From positions 152,582,001-152,646,000 of the forward strand of contig CM097883.1 in assembly GCA_044892505.1 (NCBI GenBank): DNA of 64,000 bases, written 5' to 3'. Numbering within the stretch: the first letter of the stretch is position 1; each line of letters begins with the position of its first letter. Both the position numbers and the translations under genes were made by a program. The notes below the pieces were generated by a model. That model was not told the DNA's origin and did not search any database. It worked only from the letters and a program-made list of their open reading frames with translations. Of this stretch, positions 1-12,185 are shown in pieces. This stretch comes from Schmidtea nova (Eukaryota).

Positions 1-1509
1 GGCGGAATAAATAAAAATTAAAAAAATAAACGAACATTGCAGGAATCTATAAAGTTATTAAAATTCGATTGAACTACATTTTAATTATAAAACTTTATTT
101 TAATCTTTATCAACAGTATTCCAAAAATTTATGCGGTAATGATCTTATCCTCTTTATATTGTGGACTTTGTTTTTTTCGATTACTATTTAAGTCCATAAC
201 ACATTTGCTATTTTAGATAAATAACATATAATTGCATACAAATATTAGAATTCTTTATTACAAAAAGACACAACTGATCAAGGAGTGGGCGGTGAGAGGG
301 TGCCGTTGGTGTAATAATATTTTTACATCTGTTGCGTGACATAAACATGATGATTATCACTATAACTCAAAAATTATTAGAAAAACAAATTCAATATAAA
401 AATATGACATGCTCAAAAATAAAATAATTTAAACCAAAAACTTATAATAATTCTTTTTAAAATGCTCTAATTGTTATTGTTTAATACCAATCGTATTTTT
501 GTTATTTTTGCTAGAAAATTTTAGTGATGATTGTTCAGTTGTAGTAGAAACTATTATTAACTAATATTTAAAAGGAAGTCATTTAAATGAATGTGACCCC
601 ATCAAAATAATCAGTGAAAATATAACACGATGATTTTATCCGGTTTGAACAGTAATACACCATTTCGAAAATAACTTCTCTTTATATAGACATCAAAATT
701 TTAATTTTCTTCAATATAGCAACAATCAATTTCTACTTTTTGCCATTCTAGTCTCATTTAGTATGATTAATTTTTTATAATTTTTAAAAAGTTGTGAATA
801 ATTCCTGACAAATACTTTAACAATTTATGAGCTGATATCAGTATTCAAATTTGGAAACAATTTCAACCGATATTTGTCAACAACTCTTAAAACAGATTTT
901 ATTCAAACAAATTCTTAAATAACTTGTTTGTTTTCTTATTAGTCATTTCGTCCTGAATTTCTTACTATATGTTGCTGGTAATTTATTTTGTTGACATGTT
1001 GCGTACATTTAGAAATTGTGCTTTTCATTATCACGTGTTTTTTTCTGTTTGTCTATCATTCAACGGAACTTATTTCCAATTTTTAGTTCGATTAAATAAG
1101 TTCATTTTATTTGCTATATAAAATTTCTAATGATGTGTTTAAAGAATTTCAGAATTTGTAGATTTCTCTGTCAGTTTTAAAATATAAGTAAGGAGGAATT
1201 GAAAATCAATATTAAATTTTTTATTGAGACTAATACTGGGAATTTAATTTATATTTCAGTGTTTTTTTCCGCAACATTTTTGCAAAATATTTCAAATGTT
1301 TCGAGGAACTATTTGTTGTATTATCATTCTTTTTTTACTAAAAAATATTTGTTAATGTTTATAGTTTGATTTGTAGTTTCATGGTAAAAAGTAACTGTCA
1401 AATTTTGAAATTTAATATTAATTATACATATTCAAAATAAGACTTCAAACGTTTTATACATCAACGTTTATTAATTGAAATTGAATATTTGTTTTTTATT
1501 TAATTCAAA

Positions 1510-2780
1510 TTGTGATTATACTTTCCATTAATAAACGCGTAAAAATAGTTTTTGTTTACGGAGAAGTTTGAATTAGAAACTTTGGTTAGAAGACATTTAC
1601 AAGAGTTGGGAAAGAAAACATACCAACAGAAAACACTAAGAATAATCTTCACAGTTTATAGAAACTATCAGTTTTTGTAATCCTGAGAAATCGAGAAGAC
1701 CATCAATTATTGATGAAAAAATTGAAAAAATTTGAAAAATATAAGAAAACAGTCTTAACACATCGGTAAGAAATGATGCTAAGGAAATTGGATATAGTTT
1801 TAAAATAGTACACAATGTATTAAAGAAAAAACGTCTAAGGTACAAAATTAAATTAAAAGATTATGCTAAAAATCGTAATGTATCAAGCTTTAATTAATCA
1901 AATCTATAGTGTTCAGTCTTATCTTGAAAAGCTAATTTGCACTAATGAATATATTTTTTCATTTTAACGATTTTAGTAATCGACACAGCTGTAGAATTTT
2001 GGACATTAAAATTTTTAATGAAATTATCTCACAATCTCACTCTAGTCCATTGTTTTCCTGAGAATTTGAATTGAAAAAACTGGCTTTGGGAAATAATACC
2101 AATTTGTAAATAATACCAATTTGAAAATAATACCAACTGGAAAAAATACCAACCGGGAAAAAATACCAACTATAAAAAATACCAACTGGGTATTATAATT
2201 AAAAGGCCTTATTTTTCGGCTTTGGGAAATAATACCAATTGGAAGAATACCAACTAAAGAGGAATGCTAGAAACATTCGTGTTGGTGCTCGTTCTCATTT
2301 TCCAAAGGTTTCTGATCTATTTTTTGAATTTGCTGAAGAATATGAGTTTGTGACGGTTCGCGACGGAGGGTAGTCTCAAATATTTCTGCAGTTTCTGCAG
2401 TCCAAAGCGTTTTCCCAGTTGGTATTTTTTCCTGTTGGTATTATTTTCTTGAATTGAAAAAACTATTTAAAAATTTAAATATTGCCTTATACCAAATTGG
2501 CCGTAGCACGATCTCAAAAAAAATTATCCAACAAGTTAGAGTTCTTGCTCATTATGTATGTCAAATAATGGAACTTTTGAAAAAAATTCCTGAAATATCA
2601 ATTTGTAGAGTAGAACCATTTATTTGAGATGCCAAGTCATCTAATCTATCACTTCTTGACTTTTTTGATGGATAAGTATACCCAAGAAAATCAAAGAATC
2701 CACAAGACCTAACAGATGATATTTGAGCTGAGGTAGCTCAAATATCATCAAAGATGTCATGAATTATTTTTATTATCGAA
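1510..2780 (+). pseudogene. Degenerate Tc1/mariner-superfamily transposase (DUF4817/rosa-like), interrupted by a foldback insertion
   Basis: Broken frames give ...EKSRRPS... near 1690, SVRNDAKEIGYSFKIVHNVLRKKRLRYKIKL near 1765-1860, and AKSSNLSLLDFF..VY...NPQDL at 2630-2720 (decayed WPxRSPDLTPLDFFLWG). Many stops. Confidence 0.55.
2082..2455. mobile_element. Mutator-like/foldback non-autonomous insertion
   Basis: Starts GGCTTTGGGAAATAATACCAA with tandem AATACCAA subrepeats; inverted TTGGTATT copies at 2418-2445; flanking 9-bp direct repeat GAAAAAACT at 2073-2081 and 2456-2464. Confidence 0.55.
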
Positions 2781-2880
2781 TACACATGTTCATTAAATTT
2801 TAGTTAATAAATGTTACTATCTAAATATTTTTCAGTTTTATTATAAACATGAATATTAAAAATATTACATTTCAAAATAT

Positions 2881-4200
2881 TATGTCGTAATATGATAAGT
2901 TGGGATATTCAAAGAGAAAGAAAAATTGTTTTTTTAATTCAAATACTCATTTAATTCATCAAGATATGCACCATTAACATGTTTATATTTCTGCCAACGC
3001 TTTTACAACAAAGAAATTCTTTTTTCCAAAAAGTCTTCGTCTTTTGTGGTTACAGTCTCTTTCGATTTCATCCATATTACAAAAAGTCTTATTTCGCATA
3101 TGGTGTTCCAAACTGTGAAATAAATAGTAGTCCACTTGCGAGAGATCTGGTAAGTATGGAAGATGTGGTAGGATCTCGTAGCCCAAATCGTTAAACTTTT
3201 GTAAGGTTATAAATGCTATATCTGGCCTTGCATTATCACAAAGGAAAATAGGTCTATAATTATTGCTTAATGAAGGGCCCATTTGAAAAAGTTTTCTATG
3301 CATTACATCAATTCCTTGACAAGATGATTCAAAATTTATTGTTTATACAGGCTTTAAGAATGGATAATAAAAGAAACCATTCATAGTCTAATATAATCTT
3401 TTGACGATGTAGAGGTGACTGCGGTGCGTGTTTTGAATTTTCAACTGGATTAATCTATTGTCTTGATCATTTTCTATTTCTGTATGTGATCCATTTTTCG
3501 TCAAAGATCACAATTCTTTTCAAAAAAGGTGTTGTATTATTCCTCAAAAAAGTGAACTTCAAATTTGAAACATTCGGTCATTCTGCTGATCATTTAAATC
3601 ATGCAGAACCAATCTATCAAACTTCTTAACCTTTCCCATGTTTTTTAGATGGTTGCTGATGGTTTTGCAATACGTCCCAAGTTTATCTGCGAGGGATGAC
3701 AATGTTTGATGAGAATTAGTTGTTACTAGTGCTTGGAGAATGTCGTCATTAATAACAACAGATGATTGTCTACGGGGATTATTCTCTAACTTATTTTCTT
3801 TCCAACTGGATATTTAACCATTTATATACGTTAATTACTGATACCATCGACAAATGGAGTATTGATACTGAATGGCATTGGTTACACTAACGCAGTTTAA
3901 ACTTGTACAAAAAATCATCCCATAATTCAATGGTTGACACTATAATTAAAATTTTCTTCAAATTTATTATCATAAAAATTCTATAAAAATACAATGCTAT
4001 CTTACTGAGAATATGAATTTCAAATCAAGACAAAAGATTAACTTAAAGCAAATTACCAAACTTGTGGAACGATCAACTACAAATAGTCTAAAATCCGAGA
4101 TTTCAAACTACACTATCCTAAAACATGAGTGAATATGACTATTTGTTAGCCTACTTGCTGTTGATAAATCTGCTCAGAATCAAAACTATAATATATTACA
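2881..4200 (-). mobile_element. Degenerate mariner (DD34D) element
   Basis: ORF 2983-3303 has CDNARP and LPHLPYLPDLSQVDYYLF (HDNARPH and YSPDLAPSDY motifs); upstream part decayed; boundaries approximate. Confidence 0.8.
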
Positions 4201-5167
4201 TTCTTGTTAATATTTTATAAAATAAATTTAAAACATAAAAATGTTTCATATTCAATTCAATCCTTAAAATCGCATAACATAATGGCTGTGTCATTAATAA
4301 ACGTCGGAATGCAAGTCTTGATGATTATCATTATATCACTCCCACACAATAGCATTATGCCAATACTGAGTCATCGTTTTTTCTAAACTAAATTCTCATT
4401 GGTAATCAAATAAACCATTTACAATTTAAAATACAAAATATTTCCGTTATGTCGTTCCATTCAAATAGGCAATATAAACTTATCTTGTATATAGTTATTG
4501 GAATCAACAAGCGTTGATTATTTAACACATTTTTAGTTTATTATATTTAATTATAATGGGTTATCTAATTACCTATGACTTGTGTATTTTGTATTTTTCA
4601 CATGTGTTTTGTATGAATTTATCGTGTTCATTGATTGTGGAGTGCTTAAAATATTTTGAATTTTATATTTACGTTATTTTCATTCTCTCAAATAATACTG
4701 GAAACAGGCAGTGTCGAAATTTGTATCAAATTGAAAAGGTTTTTATCTATATTCCAAAAGAGTGAAAATATACGAAATCGTAAATAAAAATCACAGATTA
4801 CAGATTTTTAAGAATGTTATATTGTCAAATTATAATCAGTGGTAGAAAAAAATGATGGACAGGTAAGAAGGAAATAGTGATTTAAGTATTTTGATGGTCG
4901 AAGCAATTTAGAAATTATATTCTCTTACTGTAAGTTGACTCATAGGAATATAATTATTAGGCTAATTAAAATAAATTTAAAATATTAAAATTTCGTTGAT
5001 CCNNNNNNNNNNNNNNNNNNNNNNNNNNNNNNNNNNNNNNNNNNNNNNNNNNNNNNNNNNNNNNNNNNNNNNNNNNNNNNNNNNNNNNNNNNNNNNNNNN
5101 NNNNNNNNNNNNNNNNNNNNNNNNNNNNNNNNNNNNNNNNNNNNNNNNNNNNNNNNNNNNNNNNNNN

Positions 5168-6400
5168 TATTATTAGTTAATTTGTTTAGATTTGGCATAT
5201 TTTCTATTTTATTATTGATTATCCTGATTGCTGCCTGACGAAGATTGTTATACAATGTAAATGTATCGCGTTTATGTTGAATTTACTGAGTTGGCGTTTT
5301 TCTATTATTAAATCATTGCCACGTGCATTTTTCTCTTTTTGCCATTATTAAAACAACTCTTTNNNNNNNNNNNNNNNNNNNNNNNNNNNNNNNNNNNNNN
5401 NNNNNNNNNNNNNNNNNNNNNNNNNNNNNNNNNNNNNNNNNNNNNNNNNNNNNNNNNNNNNNNNNNNNNNNNNNNNNNNNNNNNNNNNNNNNNGTAAATA
5501 AATAAATTTATATATATATATATATATATTTACACTTTAAATAATTTTTAAATATTATATTATATATATATATATATAATAATCACGATAATAATCATCT
5601 CCATACTATATCAAAATTTTAATTAAAAAATTTTAAAAACGTCTTGCGAAGTTAGCAGTATGTTCACTAATAAATGTCCAACGCCATTTGGTTTATGTTC
5701 TGAGCTCGTGTATCAATTTTCATGTAATGGGTGTAATGCCACATACATTGGAGAGACTGCCCGTCATCTCTGCACCCGAGTTCTTGAGCATTGCCGACCA
5801 AAAGGATTGACTAATATTAGTGATCATTTTAGGAAATGTGTCAGTAAAAATAGGTATCTCTGATTTTAAAATTATTTCAAAAGGTTTAAGTAATTATTGG
5901 GAGCAAGTAACTTGTGAGGCATTGTTGATTAGATATTTAAATCCAAAAATAAATAATCAAGTTGCCCGTTCCACAGATATTTTGAATGTGTTTAAGTAAC
6001 TGAATGTTGTATGTTGAGAATTGTGTTTGTGGTATAATTATGTTTGTTTTTTGAACATTTTAATTTTTTGTTAAATTTGTAAATTTTATGTTGAATGTTA
6101 AAATTTTATTAAATTTTATTTTATTTTTAAAATAATTTGTATGTTGTTTTATGTAAAATGTTGTTTGTTTTTTAATTAATTTTTAAAATTTTATGTAATA
6201 AAATAAAATAAATAAAATTTTAAAATTAAAATTTTGATATAGTATGGAGATGATTATTATTAGTTAATTGGTTTAGATTTGGCATATTTTCTATTTTATT
6301 ATTGATTATCCTGATTGCTGTCTGACGAAGATTGTTATACAATCGAAATATATCGCGTTTATGTTGAATTTACTGAGCTTGCGTTTTTCTATTATTAATC
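5168..6400 (+). mobile_element. Penelope-like retroelement 3' remnant (GIY-YIG endonuclease) with direct pseudo-LTR repeats
   Basis: ORF 5660-5863 LVYQFSCNGCNATYIGETARHLCTRVLEH matches PLE GIY-YIG; frameshifted tail ...EALLIRYLNPKINNQ; ~150-bp direct repeats at 5168-5318 and ~6254-6399. Confidence 0.85.
6318..6357 (+). ncRNA. Minimal type-I hammerhead ribozyme in the Penelope pLTR
   Basis: CTGACGA (6322-6328), stem II GATTG/TTATA/CAATC, GAAA (6345-6348), palindromic ATATAT stem III and C at 6354; the second copy near 5235 has a mutated GAAA. Confidence 0.7.
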
Positions 6401-7067
6401 CAAATAGTAAATTAATTGTAATTTTTAATCAAAAGTTTATTTAGAATCCTTTTAATCTTGTATTTCTAAGAATTCTAAATAAGATATTTTGGTAAAATTT
6501 AAATAAATGTTTCCTAAATAATATTATTTTAATCTTTTTATGAACTGACGAATTTGATTTTTTATATCTGTTTTTCAATTATTATTTTGGTCATATCTAA
6601 ATTCTTTCATAGTTGAACTACTTCAACTGTCACTTTGTTTACATAATTTTTGAAATTAATTCGAATTTCATAGTTAATTAAAATGTTAAACACCAATAAC
6701 TTTTACATAATAGCTAACCTGTTAAATTCATTTAATGAAAATTCGATTATTTATTTGCATAGATTAAGGTTTTTCAACCTGGGTTACACAAGAAGTAGTT
6801 ATAAATAATCTAATCGTATGTAATTATATTGTAAATTTTTTCAGTTTTTGCAGTTACAATAAACTGCAGAAATATAATGTTATCTTATGAACTCTGAATT
6901 TTTAAAAAGAAGAAATTTTAATAAAAATATATTAATAATTTTATGTATAACTTCTCTAAAATATAATTATTTTTCAATGGATCCAATGAGTTTTAAAAGT
7001 TTAAAAATCCTACCATATGTTATAAGGGATTTAATTGCTTCCTCTTTAAACATTTATTGCATAATTT

Positions 7068-7380
7068 GGATCAGGTAAAAAAGCAGTGGGACTTTTTTAC
7101 CTGTATTTTTATTCAACCCTGAATCTGGAGTTTTCATCCAGTAGCAGAACCTTGTGATGGTTTTTATCTGCAAAAGCTTCATATTGTATTTTCACTGATA
7201 TACCAATATTGTGACATTTTCATCAATTTTATCCAGTAGCAGATAAATAAATAAATAATAATAATACATTAATTTAGGCTTTATATTGTTTTTAGCACTT
7301 TGCTTTATTTTATTTTATCCTTATTTTATTTTCTGGGAATTTTTTATCTGATACCTCCTGGAGCTTTTTTCACCTGATCC
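7068..7380. mobile_element. MITE with TIRs and 8-bp TSD
   Basis: TIR GGATCAGGT(A/G)AAAAA...GC / GCTTTTTTCACCTGATCC; TSD CATAATTT at 7060-7067 and 7381-7388. Confidence 0.8.
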
Positions 7381-9403
7381 CATAATTTTTACAAAAATTT
7401 ATTCAGCATTTATTTTAACTTGTACTATTTTCCCTCAAAAGTAACATTATTGAATTTACCATGTCAAAGTTATGTAACCAATTCCGTATCTTGTGTATTA
7501 TGTGCCAGAGGAAACCCTAACTCGGTTCTCCCTGGGAAATTAACTGCAAGTAATTTTAAATTAAAAAACTAATTTTAAATATTTATTTTTTAAAATAAGT
7601 TATTGTAACAATTATATATTTTTAATTACAATGGACAAAAAATACCTTATTACTGACTAAAAATTACTAAATAATTAAAATTAGTAAATATTTGGTTAAT
7701 TTATCAAAATTTATTTTGTTCAACTCTTTTTTCTCTATGCTCATAAGTGCCAAATCATAGTCTATTCTAAATCGACAGTAGACCTCAAATAATTTAGTAT
7801 TTATTGAGTTTGTTAACATCCCTTTGTACTAATGTGCCAATAAACCCTAAGCTTATAAGAATGTCAATGAAAATGTGTCGGACGGAAAATTTCCCAAGTT
7901 TTTTTAAGAAAGTATTCTGTGATATGATTTACACAATTGAAAAAAATTCACATAATTCGGTAAATTTGAATGTTGCAGTATTAGTACAACTCTGGTCAAT
8001 AACCGTAAATTACTCCAAATCTCTCTCACACACACAAATGCGGATATTTACGTCATATGAACGTTCTCACATTCTTAGAAAGGTAGTAGATTTCAAGGCA
8101 TATATTTATGTTGCAATAGTACCTAAATTGTTTTTTTCTGTACAGTTCATTTTTGCCGGGTTGTAGTAAGAATTCAAAGTAGAAATCACGTATCTGTATA
8201 CATTTATTCTCCTTTCAAAAACCTGCTTTTGTATGCGGCTGCGTTAGTATTTTTCATAGTTTGTTTTCTATTTGAATTCATGATATCTAAAACCTATTTT
8301 TTGCTCTGCTACCATATTCACTTTGGAACTTTGTGGGACTCTTGTGTTTGGATGTATATTTGTACAAAGAGGATATTTCTTTCTCAAATTGCAATCAACA
8401 CTGTTATCAGTATTTGGAGAGCAGTTCTCAGATTAAGTATTTCATTCACATAAATTTGAGAAGTTCAATTTAAATGGTTTTATTCTCAGAAATGAAAAAA
8501 AAACATCCTTCAATTTTCTAGTTTAAGGCTTTTCCATTTAAACTAAAGTGACCAGATATTTTTTATTGGAATGTGGGACATGTTCAAATCAAAATTAAAA
8601 AAATGCTTAACACATTAGAGGACAGAATTTTCTTAGACTATTTATTCGTACGTTAATATAATGCATTGATTACTCTAAAAATTGAAAAAAAATATTTGTA
8701 GTAAATTAATATTTTTATTCCTGTTGCCATAACAAAACTTAAGTTCAAAACAGGATAATAAATTTCCATAACAAAAATCTTTAAAAATATTGATCTTAAT
8801 ACAAAAAATTAGGAAGAAATAACTATATAAATAAATTATTTATTAAGTGCATATTTTTCCGCCGAGTGAATTGTTTTTATTAAATTTTATTACTTGAAAA
8901 GTTCTTATAAAATTCTTCACAGTTTATTGAAAAATTATACTTAACTTGCAATATTGTAATATTGTGAAAATGTTAAAAGATTTAATAAGATTTAATGGTG
9001 AAAATGTTAAAAGTGATGCATGTTTAATGCGGAACATTTTCCGGGATAATTTCAGTGAGGGACAAACAACTCAAATCCGGGACAGTCCCGCATAATCCAT
9101 GATGTCTAGTTATTGTAATTTAAGCTAATATCTGAATTTTGAGAAGTAATTACATCCTTCACAACTAATATTCCCGTTTATCTTTTGCAAGCATTTATAT
9201 ATAAATTGAAGTACCATTCAGAGCCTTCTGATAATGTTTTACATTACCCTGGAGATTTATTACATAAATTAAAATATATACTCAAACAAGCATTAAATAA
9301 CATTATCTTATTAGGGCTTCAACATCAATTTGTTTTCTCACACTATAACTCCAAATCTAATTTTTCCAAGATTTTTTAAAGAAATTTACGTTTCATAGTG
9401 GTG

Positions 9404-10142
9404 TACGTTAATAAAAGCGATCACAAAACAGCGATCATCAAAACAGCGATTACAAAACAGCGATTACAAAAATAGCGAGTGCTTTAAAATAGCGGATATC
9501 AAAACAGCGACAATAAATACCATTAAATAATGGCAATAAAAAAATTCTATTTAGCAGTAATCTATCGCTCGTATTTGAGAAGTAATAAAAGAAAATCTAA
9601 ACTATATAAACCAATAAAAATCAATTTTAAAAAGCGTAATATTAGATGTCTGGAAATTAATCGATGCACTAAAGACGGAACAGTATATAAACGAGATGAA
9701 GATCGAACAGTACATAAACCAATAAAAATCAATTTTAAAAAGCGTAATATTAGATGTCTGGAAATTAATCGATGCACTAAAGACGGAACAGTATATAAAC
9801 GAGATGAAGATCGAACAGTACATAAACCAATAAAAATCAATTTTAAAAAGCGTAATATTAGATGTCTGGAAATTAATCGATGCACTAAAGACGGAACAGA
9901 ATATAAACGAGATGAAGTTCGAACAGTACATCGCAGGCCAACGACCAATTCCATCTTGATGAATCTACAAGGAAACAGCAGACAGAATAAAAAATATTAT
10001 TCATTCAATGCATTATAACTTAGTCAATTATATACTATAAATCTAAATTGAAAAATTATATATTAAATCGCTGTTTTGAAGGTCGCTATTTTGTGGTCGC
10101 GGCTTTGGTGATCGCTGTTTTCTGATCGCTATTATTATCGTA
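9404..10142. mobile_element. Foldback/MULE-like non-autonomous element with an internal 108-bp tandem repeat
   Basis: Ends TACGTTAATAAAAGCGATC / GATCGCTATTATTATCGTA with tandem AAAACAGCGAT subrepeats in inverted orientation; no TSD identified. Confidence 0.7.
9606..9930. repeat. 3 x 108-bp tandem repeat
   Basis: CCAATAAAAATC recurs at 9611, 9719 and 9827; gives 36-aa repeats in the ORF track. Confidence 0.95.
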
Positions 10143-11287
10143 AATATTCATACTTCCTATCATATTATGTAAAAAGACTAATAAAAAATTTCCTAATTTT
10201 ATAATATTTTGTAGAATAAATAATTTACAACATTGGTATTATAAGTATAAGTTCTTATAAATTTTATATACAAAACCATAATTTAATATTTGCATTGATA
10301 CCAGTTAAAATTATTCTCTTTTTTTGTTCTTTTATATTTTTAACATTGCTTGTTAAAAGTACTTAAATATTTTAAAACTCTTTCATCCAGAAAAAATGAA
10401 CTAGTCTATTTTAAAATTTCTTTTTTTTAAAGAGATATGATTTCCTTACAAATTTTATGCTGAGAATAGAACAGCATTATGATAATCCTTATTTATTAAT
10501 TATTTATAGTTGTATGGCTTTTTTTATAAGATTATTCAAGTACATATTATTATTTTTCAATTTAAAATGCTCTTGAAATGGAAAAAAATTATTAAAAACA
10601 AATGTTTACAAAATATTTCTGTACATTTTTATTTTAGAAAATGAATATTATAGTACTGCAAATTGAAGCAGTTTATTAGAAAATGGTCCGACATTATAAA
10701 AAGCCAAAATTAGCTCGCATCCAGATTTATTTGCCTTTTTCTTATATAGCATAATATTTGTAACACTTACAAGTTACAACAAGTTCATAAGAACATGTTT
10801 AATAAAATTAATATTTTAGATCAATTATCTAAGGGTTTTTGTTAAATTTTCATCTAAAATTAATCATAACGCTATTTATCTTACTATTTAAAAATATTCA
10901 AAATTAAAAATAAATTCAAAAATAATGCTGAAAGAATTGAAAAATTATTGATTTGTTAGAAATAGTGACAGAATCTTAAAGTTTACTCTATTCTATTGTC
11001 GAGTATTTTGAAAAACTTTTAAAACTTCTATTTTTAAGAAATTACAAGCATTATATAATTTGAAAATGTGTATATTATTAAAACGTGCATTTTATCTATA
11101 ATTCATTTGATTTATTCTATTTTATAAATTTAATTGTAATTTTTTTATAACAATTCAATGACAATTCTTACGAAGATATCTATATATCATTAGAATTGTT
11201 TCAATAATATTTTTCTAATATATTTTCGGCTTTTAATTATGGTCTTGTAAACTGTGAATGTGTTAATATTATTCTTGTTTTATTCAG

Positions 11288-12185
11288 TCATTTAGGCTTC
11301 AATCCTAATATGCAACATAATGTTGGTAATGCCATGAGATCAATGTCACCGTCAATTACACAAAGCCCTATTTTTCTTCAAAGTTACCTCCCTCAAAATT
11401 TTGTTCAGCCCAATTATACATATCAAACATATCCAACTTCATATCCCCACCAGTTCAATTATCAAGAAATACAGCCTAACCCTGTTAAACCTGTTGTGAA
11501 TGCACAACCTACAAGAAAACTTAACCCTCTTATTGTGATAGATCCTAAAAGCAATACCGACGTCGATTTAAGCAGATTTAGTGTTGATAGAACATTAACA
11601 ATTTCAGATCCATTAGTGACTAAACATAAAACATCTAAAACTGACAACATAGAGCAAAAAGATATAGAGAAAGTTGATGCGCAACTAAAATCAGAAAATA
11701 TTGTAGAACCGCGTACAATACCAATGGATACAGAAAAAGAATGCAGTTTTGAAAAAGAAAATTTTGAAAATACAATTAAAGAATCGAATATTATTTGTGA
11801 TGACCAACAACCGGAACAATCGAAAAAAGAAGACATTTTAATTGAATCAGAAGCCCCTTCCTCACTCAAATCATTTGAAAAAATGGAATTTGAAGAATTT
11901 GATTTAGAGAAAAAAGTTCCGGAAAGCTCAATTAAATTGAACAACGAAGAAGAGGCTGCTACATGCAGTAGTGAAGATGAAATCCTTATTCTCGATTCAA
12001 AACTCTCTTCATCAAACTATCATTTGCCGGTTAATATAAAAGAGTCCGATGAAACAATTCTAAAACGAAAACTAATCTATGATCGACATTATTTGATAAA
12101 AATGAAAGACAATCAAAAAAGTCGCCAGAAACCATTAAATATGCCTGCGACTACAGAATTTTCAGAAGATATAATATCTAATCAA
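11288..12185 (+). CDS. eIF4G: eIF4G N-terminal exon with eIF4E-binding motif
   Basis: P/Q-rich N-terminus; [14 protein letters not shown] (YDRHYLI at 12078-12098); donor GT at 12186; 5' boundary uncertain. Confidence 0.8.

Noticed and set aside
4977-5505. ORF-track entries spanning N runs (also 18457-18940)
   Set aside because: Artefacts of assembly gaps.
9606-9930. CRISPR-like array or repeat protein gene
   Set aside because: Eukaryotic context, no unique spacers; a simple tandem triplication within a TE.
10637-10740. Possible upstream coding exon of eIF4G after TTTTAG
   Set aside because: Frames close quickly and no convincing donor or phase match was found.
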